Source of the DNA: an uncultured Burkholderiales bacterium
GTDB lineage: Bacteria; Pseudomonadota; Gammaproteobacteria; Burkholderiales; SHXO01
Direction: 5' to 3'
DNA: 64,000 bases
Assembly (NCBI GenBank): GCA_964523885.1
Contig: CAZFYX010000085.1
Coordinates: 117,736-181,735 of the forward strand
This document shows, in pieces, positions 47,676 through 56,554 of the stretch. The translations under genes and the position numbers were made by a program. The number at the start of each line of letters is the position of its first letter. The stretch's first letter is position 1. The notes below the pieces were generated by a model. That model was not told where the DNA came from, made no database searches, and worked only from the letters and a program-made list of their open reading frames with translations.

Positions 47676-47859
47676 TTGCTCCAGTGACTGCGCACTTGCC
47701 ATTGCGCAAGTACGTGGGAATGAAGTAGATTGTTGCGAAGCAGCAGGAGTGACCTGCTGAAGAACGCCGGCAGGCGTCGACAGTAGCTCGCGCGTGGCTC
47801 TGGCAGGCTCGCGTTTCGTCAGGTTCAAGAGGGAGGTGCGCGCAGGCCCGCGCTCCGCG

Positions 47860-50800
47860 ATGCGGATGCGTGCGCCATCGCGGTGCATGCCGGCAGTCCA
47901 ACGCATCTCGCGTGTGCGTCGCGAGTACAACCAGTTCGTCGCGGACGAGACGCTCGAGGATTACTCGCTGCGCTTCACCGCGAAGTCGGCGCGCAAGTGG
48001 TCCTGCCTGCGCGTGGCCAACACCGCGCTGGGCTCGATCTCCTTCCTCGCCCTCGAGGCCATCGGCGCGGCGATCACGCTGAGCTACGGCTTCAGCAACG
48101 CGGTGCTCGCCATCCTGGTGGTGGGCAGCATCATCTTCCTCACCGGGCTGCCGATCAGCTACTACGCCGCGAGGCACGGCGTGGACATGGACCTGCTCAC
48201 GCGCGGGGCGGGCTTCGGCTACATCGGCTCCACCATCACCTCGCTCATCTACGCGTCGTTCACCTTCATCTTCTTCGCCATCGAGGCGGTGATCCTGGCG
48301 ATGGCGCTGCAGATGTGCTTCGGCATCCCGCTGTGGATGGGCTACCTGATCAGTGCCTTGGCGATCATACCGCTGGTCACCCACGGCATCACGCTCATCA
48401 GCCGCTTCCAGGTCTGGACCCAGCCGGTGTGGGTGCTGCTGAGCCTGCTGCCGTTCGTGTTCATCGCCGCGCAGGCGCCCGCGGAGCTCGCAGGCTGGAC
48501 CCACTTCACCGGCCAGCACGGCCCGGCCGACGGCTCGGTGAGCCTGCTGGCATTCGGCGCGGCCGCCTCCGTGGCCTTCTCGCTCGTCGCCCAGATCGGC
48601 GAGCAGGTCGACTTCCTGCGCTTCCTGCCGCCGCAGAGCAGGGTCGGCCGCACGCAGTGGTGGCTGGCCATGCTGGGCGCCGGTCCAGGCTGGATCCTGA
48701 TCGGGGTGCTCAAGCTGCTGGCCGGATCGCTGCTCGCCTACCTCGCGCTGATGCAGGGGCTGCCGGGCGACCGCGCCCTGGAGCCGACCCAGATGTACCT
48801 GGTCGGGTTCGAGTACGTGTTCTCCTCGCCGCTGCTCGCGCTGTGGGTCACCGGCTTCTTCGTGGTGATCTCGCAGCTCAAGATCAACGTCACCAACGCC
48901 TACGCCGGGTCGATCGCCTGGTCGAACTTCTTCTCCCGGCTCACCCACAGCCACCCCGGGCGCGTGGTGTGGCTGGTGTTCAACGTGCTGCTCGCCCTGC
49001 TCCTGATGGGCCTGGGCGTGTTCCATGCGCTCGAGCAGGTGCTGGGCTGGTACTCCAACGTCGCCATCGCCTGGATCGGCGCGCTGGTCGCCGACCTGGT
49101 GGTCAACAAGCCGCTGGGCCTGAGCCCGCGCAACGTCGAGTTCAAGCGCGCCTACCTGTACGACATCAACCCGGTGGGTGTCGGCGCGATGCTGGTGGCC
49201 TCGGTGATCTCGATCACGGCGTTCACCGGCATGCTGGGCGAGACGCTGCGTGCGCTCGCGCCCTTCCTGGCACTGGGCATCGCGTTCGTGACCGCACCGC
49301 TGATCGCGTTCGCCACTAGCGGGCGCTTCTACAGCGCGCGTCCCGCCGACCCGCCGGCGCAGGCCGGCACGGTGGCCTGCGTGATCTGCGAGAACCACTT
49401 CGAGCCCGAGGACATGGCCCACTGCCCGGCGTATGCCGGGCCGATCTGCTCGCTGTGCTGCTCGCTCGACGTGCGCTGCGAGGACTCGTGCAAGACCGAT
49501 GCGCACCTCTCGCACCAGGTGCTGCAGGCGCTGGGCCGGTTCCTGCCGCCGCGCATCGTGGCGAGCCTCAACTCCAGCCTGGGCCACTACCTGGGGGTGT
49601 TCGCGCTCATGACCGCCGGGCTGGGCGCGATCCTCTGCCTGCTCTACCTGCAGGAAGCGGCCACCGATCCGCTGCATGGCCAGGTCGGCGGCGCGGTGCT
49701 CTGGGAGGTGTTCTTCGTGTTCACCCTGATCACCGGCGTGGCGGCCTGGCTGCTGGTGCTGGCGCACCAGAGCCGCAAGGTGGCGCAGGAGGAGTCAGTC
49801 CGGCAGACGCAGCTGCTGATGCAGGAGATCGAGGCGCACAAGCGCACCGACGCCCAGCTGCAGAAGGCCAAGGAGGTCGCCGAGGCGGCCAACCTGGCCA
49901 AGAGCCGCTACGTGACCAACATCAGCCACGAGCTGCGCACGCCGCTCAACACCGTGCTGGGCTACGCGCAGCTGCTCCAGCGCGACGAGAGCATTCCCGC
50001 GCACCGGCGCGATGCGATCGAGGTCATCCGGCGCAGCAGCGAGCACCTGTCCGGCCTGATCGACGGCCTGCTCGACATCGCCAAGATCGAGGCCGGCCGC
50101 TTCCACCTGCACCGCGGCGAGGTGGCGTTCCGCGACCTGCTCGACCAGGTAGTGCAGATGTTCAGCCTGCAGGCGGCCAGCAAGGGCCTGGAGTTCCGCT
50201 TCGAGGCGCAGGCGCTGCCCGACCTGGTCTACGCCGACGAGCGCCGGCTGCGGCAGATCCTCATCAACCTGCTCTCCAACGCGATCAAGTTCACCGAGCG
50301 CGGCCACGTCACGCTGCGCGTGCGCTACGTGCGCCAGCTCGCGGAGTTCGAGATCGAGGACAGCGGCGTGGGCATCGCGCCTCAGGACATCGAGCGGGTG
50401 TTCATGCCGTTCGAGCGCGGCAGTGCGGCCACGCGTGCCGCGGCGCCGGGCACCGGGCTGGGCCTGACCATCAGCAAGCTGCTGGTCGAGATCATGGGCG
50501 GCAAGATCCAGGTGGAGAGCCGGGTGCGGGTGGGCACCACCTTCCGCTTCACGCTGATGCTGTCGCAGGTCACCTCGCCCACTGCGCGGCCCGGGGCCCA
50601 GCGCCGGGTGCGCGGCTACCTCGGCGCACGCCGCACCGTGCTGGTCACCGACGACGAGCCGGGCCATCGCGACCTCATCGCGGCGTTCCTCGAACCGCTC
50701 GGCTTCCACGTCGTGAGCGCGGCCAACCATCGCGAATGCCTCGAGCTGGCCTCCGCCCTGCCCGTCGACCTGTTCCTGCTCGACGTCGCGATGCCGGAGA

Positions 50801-51264
50801 TGGACGGCTGGGAGCTGGCCCGGCAACTGCGCCAGGCGCTGGGCTCCGAGGCGCCGATCATCATGGTCTCGGCCAACGCGTACGAAAGCCAGCGGGCCGG
50901 CGCCGGACCGGCGCTGCACGACGATTTCGTGGTGAAGCCGGTGGACTTCTGGCAGCTGCTGGAGAAGATCCGCCACCACCTGCAGCTGGAGTGGCTGTAC
51001 GAGGATCCGGAAGCCGCCGCGCCGGTGCTGCCACCCGCGCTGGTCCCGGCCAACCTGCCCTCGGTGCCGCGCGACGCGCTGGAGAGCCTGTGGTCGCTGG
51101 GCCAGATGGGGCACGTGCGCGGCATCCACCGGCGCCTGGACGAGCTGGAGCAGGCCGACGAGGCCTCGCGCACGCTGGCCCTGCACCTGCGCCCGCTGGT
51201 GAAGGCGTTCCAGCTCAACCGCTACATGCAGATCCTGGACGAGTTGCGCTCGCATGTCGCCTGA
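47860..51264 (+). CDS. Hybrid sensor histidine kinase with an N-terminal NCS1 (purine/cytosine permease)-like 12-TM domain and a Cys-rich module
   Basis: Permease-like region (YYAARHGVDMDLLTRGAGFGYIGSTITSLIY...). Nine-Cys segment at 49378-49491. Two further TM helices. HisKA H-box SHELRTPLN (His codon 49927-49929). HATPase (GTGLGLTISK). Receiver (LLDVAMPEMDG, Asp codon 50782-50784). Helical C-terminal tail. The start is uncertain (ORF open from 47794). Confidence 0.85.
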   Translation: MRMRAPSRCMPAVQRISRVRREYNQFVADETLEDYSLRFTAKSARKWSCLRVANTALGSISFLALEAIGAAITLSYGFSNAVLAILVVGSIIFLTGLPISYYAARHGVDMDLLTRGAGFGYIGSTITSLIYASFTFIFFAIEAVILAMALQMCFGIPLWMGYLISALAIIPLVTHGITLISRFQVWTQPVWVLLSLLPFVFIAAQAPAELAGWTHFTGQHGPADGSVSLLAFGAAASVAFSLVAQIGEQVDFLRFLPPQSRVGRTQWWLAMLGAGPGWILIGVLKLLAGSLLAYLALMQGLPGDRALEPTQMYLVGFEYVFSSPLLALWVTGFFVVISQLKINVTNAYAGSIAWSNFFSRLTHSHPGRVVWLVFNVLLALLLMGLGVFHALEQVLGWYSNVAIAWIGALVADLVVNKPLGLSPRNVEFKRAYLYDINPVGVGAMLVASVISITAFTGMLGETLRALAPFLALGIAFVTAPLIAFATSGRFYSARPADPPAQAGTVACVICENHFEPEDMAHCPAYAGPICSLCCSLDVRCEDSCKTDAHLSHQVLQALGRFLPPRIVASLNSSLGHYLGVFALMTAGLGAILCLLYLQEAATDPLHGQVGGAVLWEVFFVFTLITGVAAWLLVLAHQSRKVAQEESVRQTQLLMQEIEAHKRTDAQLQKAKEVAEAANLAKSRYVTNISHELRTPLNTVLGYAQLLQRDESIPAHRRDAIEVIRRSSEHLSGLIDGLLDIAKIEAGRFHLHRGEVAFRDLLDQVVQMFSLQAASKGLEFRFEAQALPDLVYADERRLRQILINLLSNAIKFTERGHVTLRVRYVRQLAEFEIEDSGVGIAPQDIERVFMPFERGSAATRAAAPGTGLGLTISKLLVEIMGGKIQVESRVRVGTTFRFTLMLSQVTSPTARPGAQRRVRGYLGARRTVLVTDDEPGHRDLIAAFLEPLGFHVVSAANHRECLELASALPVDLFLLDVAMPEMDGWELARQLRQALGSEAPIIMVSANAYESQRAGAGPALHDDFVVKPVDFWQLLEKIRHHLQLEWLYEDPEAAAPVLPPALVPANLPSVPRDALESLWSLGQMGHVRGIHRRLDELEQADEASRTLALHLRPLVKAFQLNRYMQILDELRSHVA

Positions 51265-52180
51265 GCAGGCCCGCCAGCGCGTGCTCGTCGTGGACGACAC
51301 GCCCGAGACCCTTGCGCTGCTCACCGATGCGCTGGAGGAGGCCGGCATGACCGTGCTGGTGTCCGTGGACGGAGCCAGTGCGATCGAGCGCGCGCAGCAC
51401 GCCATGCCCGACATCATCCTGCTCGATGCGATCATGCCGGGCATGGACGGGTTCGAGACCTGCACCCGCCTGAAGCAGTTGCCGCACACCGCGAAGGTGC
51501 CGGTGGTGTTCATGACCGGCCTGTCCGACACCGAGCACGTGCTGCGCGGCTTCCGGGCCGGCGGAGTCGACTATGTGACCAAGCCGATCGTGCCCGAGCA
51601 GTTGATCGCGCGCCTGCGCACGCACCTGAACAACGCCCGCCTGGTATCGAGCGCGCACGATGCGATCGACCTGGGCGGGCGCGCGGTGCTGGCCCTGTCG
51701 GAGAACGGCAGCATCGCGTGGCGCACGCCGGAGGCCGAACGGCTGCTGCAGGAAGTGGTGGTGCCCGGCACCCGCGCCCTGCCCCAGGATCTGCTGGAGC
51801 GGCTGCGCGCCGAGGGTGAGGCCGACGAGGCGCGCCGGGGTCGACGCACCGCCGCGGTCGAGCTGCAGGCCGGTGCGCACACCCTGGCCTTCACCCCGAT
51901 CGGGCGCACGAACGGCAGCGAATTGCTGGTGGCCGTCGAGGTGCGCAACGTGGCGGACGGCGAGGCGCGCCTGCGCGAGCGCTTCGGGCTGACGCTGCGC
52001 GAATGCGAAGTGCTGCTGTGGGTGGCGCGCGGCAAATCCAACCGTGACGTGGGCGAGATCCTCGAGCTGAGCCCGCGCACGGTCAACAAGCACCTGGAGC
52101 GCATCTTCGTGAAGCTGGGCGTGGAGAACCGGGCGGCCGCGGCCGGGATCGCCATGGGCATCCTGGCGGAGCGGGGTTAG
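51254..52180 (+). CDS. Response regulator: receiver, ~100-aa middle domain, LuxR/FixJ-type HTH
   Basis: VLVVDDTPETL...IILLDAIMPGMDGFE...KP, and a C-terminal LTLRECEVLLWVARGKSNRDVGEILELSPRTVNKHLERIFVKLGV. It overlaps the kinase gene by 11 nt. Confidence 0.9.
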   Translation: MSPEQARQRVLVVDDTPETLALLTDALEEAGMTVLVSVDGASAIERAQHAMPDIILLDAIMPGMDGFETCTRLKQLPHTAKVPVVFMTGLSDTEHVLRGFRAGGVDYVTKPIVPEQLIARLRTHLNNARLVSSAHDAIDLGGRAVLALSENGSIAWRTPEAERLLQEVVVPGTRALPQDLLERLRAEGEADEARRGRRTAAVELQAGAHTLAFTPIGRTNGSELLVAVEVRNVADGEARLRERFGLTLRECEVLLWVARGKSNRDVGEILELSPRTVNKHLERIFVKLGVENRAAAAGIAMGILAERG

Positions 52181-52211
52181 ACCACCGATTGTGCGGTGCC
52201 GCAAATTCTGC

Positions 52212-52239
52212 TTGACTTTGGTGCAACCAGCCCTATAAT
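52212..52239 (+). promoter_or_regulatory. Sigma-70-type promoter of the phasin gene
   Basis: TTGACT (52212-52217), 16-bp spacer, TATAAT (52234-52239). AAGGAG RBS at 52306-52311. Confidence 0.6.
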
Positions 52240-52319
52240 GCTTCTTGTGCAACGCAACATTCCAGCCCGCAGGCAGGCCTGGACCGAGCAGAAACCCCTC
52301 AATTTCAAGGAGTTGAACC

Positions 52320-52862
52320 ATGGTGCAGATCACCGAGCAACTGGCGGCGCTGAGCAAGTCGCAACTGGATTCCGTGCTGAAGGCCGCCAACCTGTCCGTC
52401 GAGAACGCCGAGAAGCTGGCCGCGCTGCAGTTCAAGTGGAGCAAGGCGGCCTATGAAGATGCGGTGCAGGCCCTGCGCCAGTTCACCGCGGTGAAGGATT
52501 TCAACGAGTTCTCCGCCCTGACCACCGGTGCCGCTCAGCCCACCTGGGACAAGGCCACCGCCTACGCCAAGAGCGTGTACGACCTGACCACCGCCGCGCA
52601 GGCCGAGCTCGCCGCGCTGCTCGAGGAGCAGGCCGCCGAGTTCAACAAGAACGTGGTGGTGACGCTGGATGCCGCGCTGAAGTCGGCGCCGGCCGGTTCG
52701 GAAGGCGCGGTCTCGGCGGTCAAGTCCGCCGTGCACTCGGCCAACACGATCTACGAATCGCTGATCAAGGCGGCCAAGCAGGTCAGCTCGATCACCGAAG
52801 CGAACGTCGCGGCGGTGAACGCGCAGGTCGCCACGGCCACGAAGAAGAAGGCTGCTGCCTGA
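52320..52862 (+). CDS. phaP: Phasin (PHA granule-associated protein)
   Basis: 180 aa, Ala-rich amphipathic helices. ITEQLAALSKSQLDSVLKAANLSVENAEKLAALQ is a phasin-family N-terminus. Confidence 0.8.
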   Translation: MVQITEQLAALSKSQLDSVLKAANLSVENAEKLAALQFKWSKAAYEDAVQALRQFTAVKDFNEFSALTTGAAQPTWDKATAYAKSVYDLTTAAQAELAALLEEQAAEFNKNVVVTLDAALKSAPAGSEGAVSAVKSAVHSANTIYESLIKAAKQVSSITEANVAAVNAQVATATKKKAAA

Positions 52863-52900
52863 TTCCCGGCGCGCCCTCCGCGCGCCGCTGCAGTACCCGT

Positions 52901-52936
52901 GACGGCGCCCTCCCCGGAGGGCGCCGTCGGCTTTTT
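52901..52936 (+). terminator. Rho-independent terminator of phaP
   Basis: GACGGCGCCCTCC pairs with GGAGGGCGCCGTC (52901-52928) and is followed by GGCTTTTT. It abuts the stop of the convergent GGDEF gene. Confidence 0.8.
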
Positions 52937-54909
52937 CAGGCCGCTCGCGGCGGTGACGGCGGCTCTGAGGCGAACACGCGATTGCGCCCTGCGGCCTTGG
53001 CTGCGTAGAGCGCGTTGTCGGCAGCCTTGAGCAGTTCGTCGGCACGCTGCATGTCGGCGGTGCGCTGCGCCGCGCCCACGCTCAGACTGGTCGTGCAGCT
53101 CACCGCACCGTTGCTGAAGCGCGTGCGCGCCACGGCATTGCGCAGGCGCTCGCCCAGCTGGGTGGCGGCAGCCAGTGGCGTATCCACGCAGATCACCAGG
53201 AACTCCTCTCCGCCGATGCGGCAGATGCCGTCCTCCGTGCGTGCCTCCTTGCGCAGCACGGCGGAGGCCTGGCGCAGCACGAGATCGCCGATGTCGTGCC
53301 CGTACGAATCGTTGATGTCCTTGAAGCGGTCCAGGTCCAGCACCAGGCAGGACAGCGGCCGGTTGCTGCGCAGGGCCGCGGCCCACTCCTGGTCGAGCCG
53401 CTCCATCGCGTAGCGGCGGTTGGGCAGCCCCGTCAGCGGATCGGTCAGCGCCGCCTGCTGCAGGCGCCGGTTCGCTACCGCGAGCTCGGCTGCGAACTTG
53501 CGCAGGTTCTCCGCATCGCGCCGCGCTTCTTCCTGCAGCCGGATCACCCGCAGGCCCGCGCGCAGGCGCGCCGCCAGCACGCGCGGCGTGAACGGCTTGG
53601 TGAGGTAATCGTCCACGCCCGACTCGAAGGCCTCGATCAGCTGCTCGTCCTGCTCCAGCGCGGACAGGATGATGAAGTACATCTGCTGGCCTTCCTCGGT
53701 CTGGCGCAGCGCCTTGCACAGCGCCAGGCCGTCCAGGCCCGGCATGATCCAGTCGGAGATGATGATCTGCGGACGCAAGCTGATGGCACGTGCCAGCCCG
53801 GTCCTGCCGTCCTGCGCCGTGTGCACGGTGTGGCCGAGCCCCTTCAGCAGGTGCTCGAGCACCAGCAGCGTGGAGCGGTCGTCGTCCACCGCCAGGATGG
53901 TGAGCGGCTGCAGCGCTGCAGCCGAGGGGGCCGCATCGAGCGCCGGCGGTGGGGGCTCCTGCCGGTCGCAGATGACCGAGCCCAGCTCGGGCACGTCCTG
54001 CGTGGGCACCTCGAGGATCTTGCCCCACTCGCGCCACTGCTCGACCAGCGCCACGGTCATCTTCCCGAGCGCCTCCTCGTCGAGACCGACCTTGGCGCCC
54101 GCGAGGATCAGGTCGGGCGCCATCGCGTGCCGGTCCTGGTCGCGGGCGACGCAGAAGTCGGCCAGCTGAGCGCTCAACCTCAGCAATGCACAGACCGCGC
54201 GCTCGCGCGAACCCTCCGGGGCCGGACTGGCGGTGGGGTCCTCGTGATGGAACACGGCGGCCACGAACAGGCGCGGCAGGCGCCAGTCCTCCAGCAGCGC
54301 AGCCGACAGCTCATTGTGGTCGGTGGCGAAGCGCTCGCGCTCGCGCGCAGCCGGGACCAGCCCGCGCTCGCCACCGGCGAGCAGCTCGGCGAACTCCTCC
54401 GGGTAGATCGTGGCCAGGGCGAGCGTGCCGACGCCGGCGAGCAGGCCGCAGGTGAACGCCTCGTCCGCCGGTGCGCTGCGCACCCGGTCGGCGGTGCGCG
54501 CGGCGGCGATTGCCATGGCCAGCGAGCGCGACCAGAAGCGCTGGTAATCGAAGCCCTTGCAGGTGCCGCTGCGGTATTGCCCGAGCAGCGAGAAGCCGAG
54601 CACGAGCTGGCACACCGTGTTCACCCCGATCATGCGGATCGCCTCGGGGATCGAGACGACCGGGCGCCGCAACCCCTGCCCGGCCGAGTTGGCGAACTTG
54701 ATGATGCGGCCGGACAGGGCCGGATCGGCGCGCACCGCGTGGGCGATCTCGTCCACGCTGGTGCCGTCGCGGCGGCACAGCTCCACCACGGCCAGAGCCA
54801 CGCCGGCCGGCGAGGGCAGCTTGCCGGTGGTCTTCAGCTCCTCGAACTTGGCGTGCTGGGTCACGGGTGGTGGACCGCCGGGGCGGGAAAGGGGCGCCCC
54901 TGGGAGCAT
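52936..54909 (-). CDS. HDOD - receiver - GGDEF diguanylate cyclase
   Basis: HDOD (LPSPAGVALAVVELCRRDGTSVDEIAHAVRADPALSGRIIKFANSA). REC (ILAVDDDRSTL...IISDWIMPGLDG). GGDEF with an intact GGEEF and an RTED I-site 5 residues upstream. The start is uncertain (ATG at 54909 or GTG at 54864). Confidence 0.9.
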   Translation of the reverse strand: MLPGAPLSRPGGPPPVTQHAKFEELKTTGKLPSPAGVALAVVELCRRDGTSVDEIAHAVRADPALSGRIIKFANSAGQGLRRPVVSIPEAIRMIGVNTVCQLVLGFSLLGQYRSGTCKGFDYQRFWSRSLAMAIAAARTADRVRSAPADEAFTCGLLAGVGTLALATIYPEEFAELLAGGERGLVPAARERERFATDHNELSAALLEDWRLPRLFVAAVFHHEDPTASPAPEGSRERAVCALLRLSAQLADFCVARDQDRHAMAPDLILAGAKVGLDEEALGKMTVALVEQWREWGKILEVPTQDVPELGSVICDRQEPPPPALDAAPSAAALQPLTILAVDDDRSTLLVLEHLLKGLGHTVHTAQDGRTGLARAISLRPQIIISDWIMPGLDGLALCKALRQTEEGQQMYFIILSALEQDEQLIEAFESGVDDYLTKPFTPRVLAARLRAGLRVIRLQEEARRDAENLRKFAAELAVANRRLQQAALTDPLTGLPNRRYAMERLDQEWAAALRSNRPLSCLVLDLDRFKDINDSYGHDIGDLVLRQASAVLRKEARTEDGICRIGGEEFLVICVDTPLAAATQLGERLRNAVARTRFSNGAVSCTTSLSVGAAQRTADMQRADELLKAADNALYAAKAAGRNRVFASEPPSPPRAA

Positions 54910-54926
54910 TTTCGGCAGTCCGGCGC

Positions 54927-54940
54927 GGGAACTTTAGCCG
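54927..54940 (+). repeat. Copy 2 of the exact 14-bp motif GGGAACTTTAGCCG, followed by a C4-G-C8 tract
   Basis: Identical to 36338-36351. The C8 homopolymer is at 54946-54953. Confidence 0.5.
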
Positions 54941-55014
54941 CCCCGCCCCCCCCGATCTCCCTCTGCGGCAACGGTGGATGCTGTATGGATGCACAGACCT
55001 ATTGCGCAGGTACG

Positions 55015-55962
55015 CTAACGCAGCGGCTCGAGGTCCGCCGGCAGCACGTAGCCCGGATGGCGTCTGCGCAACTCCCGCAGGCTGTCGCGGGCCTGCTCGA
55101 GCTTGCCCGCGCTGCGCAGCATCCGGATGTGTTCGACCCAGCGCTGCGGATCCTGCTCGAACGCCTCGTGCTCGGCCGACTGCGGTGCCGCCTGGTTCGC
55201 GGCAGCAGGTGCAGGCAGCGTTGCTGCGTCGCTCGCTGCACCGGCTGCGGCGGGGCTTGCAGGCACGGCCTCCGGCACCTGCGCCTCGCGCTTCGCGGCC
55301 CGCTGCGGTGCCGGCGCTGCAGGTGCGGCCACGGCGGGTGCCTGGTCGCGCAACGCCGGCGCTGGTGCAGGTGCGACAGCCGGTGCCTCCTCACGGTGCA
55401 ATGGGGCGGCGGGCGGTGGACTGTCCTCCTTCAGGGTACCGAGGGCAGCGGCCGGGTCCTGCGCCTTCCGCTCGACCACCTCGGCGCCCGCACCACGAGC
55501 CTGCTGCTTCGGCAGTCCGGCCGGCACGCCAGGCGGGCGTGCGGCCCGCTCCCGTGGCTCCTGCGCGGCGCGAATGGAGGCCGGGGCGGCCGCAGACGGG
55601 CGTGCGGATTCGTGCGCGGGAGCGGCTTCATTGGGAGCGGGCGGGGCAGGCACCGCTGCAGCGGGCGCGCCCTGCATCTCCGCCTGCGGCAGGTGCTCGC
55701 GCCGATCGGCCACCATCAGCGTCAACGTGGCGCTGACCACGAGCACCGCGGCGATCGACATGGGCACGCGCCACCGGGCCATGAACGGACGCGGGGCATG
55801 CTGCCGGGGACCGGACACGGCATCGCGGGCAGCAGTGCCCAGTGCCGCGTCGAGCGCCGGCGACGGCTCGTCGCCCACCGCGTCGCGCCAGCGCCGCTGC
55901 AGCGGCGTATCCCGCGCAAGGAAGGCCTCGAGATCGCCTTCGTCGTCCGGCCTGCTGCTCAC
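55015..55962 (-). CDS. Probable membrane-anchored anti-sigma factor (Ala/Pro-rich periplasmic domain)
   Basis: The GTG start overlaps the sigma-factor stop (GTGA). There is one TM helix (MSIAAVLVVSATLTLMVA). The call rests on position and topology only; I recognise no sequence family. Confidence 0.5.
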   Translation of the reverse strand: MSSRPDDEGDLEAFLARDTPLQRRWRDAVGDEPSPALDAALGTAARDAVSGPRQHAPRPFMARWRVPMSIAAVLVVSATLTLMVADRREHLPQAEMQGAPAAAVPAPPAPNEAAPAHESARPSAAAPASIRAAQEPRERAARPPGVPAGLPKQQARGAGAEVVERKAQDPAAALGTLKEDSPPPAAPLHREEAPAVAPAPAPALRDQAPAVAAPAAPAPQRAAKREAQVPEAVPASPAAAGAASDAATLPAPAAANQAAPQSAEHEAFEQDPQRWVEHIRMLRSAGKLEQARDSLRELRRRHPGYVLPADLEPLR

Positions 55963-56531
55963 AGCAGTTCTCCCATGCCCTGGCGCAGCTTGGCGAGTGC
56001 ATAGCGCAAGCGGCTCTTGATCGCCTCGCGGTCGGTCCCCGTCACGCTCGCGATCTCGTCCACCCCCAGGCCCGCTTCCTCGTGCAGCAGGAAGGCTTCG
56101 CGCTGTGCCACGGGCAGCGCCTCGACCAGCGCCAGCAGCCGGCGCGCCTGTTCGCGCCCCTGCGCGATGCGCTCCGGCTGCGCGGTGGCCGGCGCAGGCA
56201 CGTTGACCGCTGGATCATCATCGTCCTCCGGGTCGGCATGCACGACCCCGACGGGCCGGTGACGGCGGTAGTGGTCCACCACCCGGTTGTGCGCGATGGT
56301 GTAGAGCCAGGTGGTGAAGCGCGCCTCGACCTTGTAGCCGCCACGGGCGCCGATGACGCTCATCCAGATGTCCTGGAACAGCTCCTCCGCCGTAGCGCGC
56401 TGGCTGCCGAGCTGCCGCACGACGTAGCGGAACAGGGGCACGCGGTGGCGCCCGTAGAGCAGGTCGAACGCCGGGGCATCCCCCTGCGCGTAACGCAGCA
56501 TCAGCGCCTCGTCGGTGTCGTCTTCCCCCAT
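55959..56531 (-). CDS. ECF (group IV) sigma-70 factor
   Basis: Region 2 (ELFQDIWMSVIGARGGY...FTTWLYTIAHNRVVDHYRR) and region 4 (LPVAQREAFLLHEEAGLGVDEIASVTG). Confidence 0.9.
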   Translation of the reverse strand: MGEDDTDEALMLRYAQGDAPAFDLLYGRHRVPLFRYVVRQLGSQRATAEELFQDIWMSVIGARGGYKVEARFTTWLYTIAHNRVVDHYRRHRPVGVVHADPEDDDDPAVNVPAPATAQPERIAQGREQARRLLALVEALPVAQREAFLLHEEAGLGVDEIASVTGTDREAIKSRLRYALAKLRQGMGELL

Positions 56532-56554
56532 GGCCGGGGAATTCTACTCGTGGG

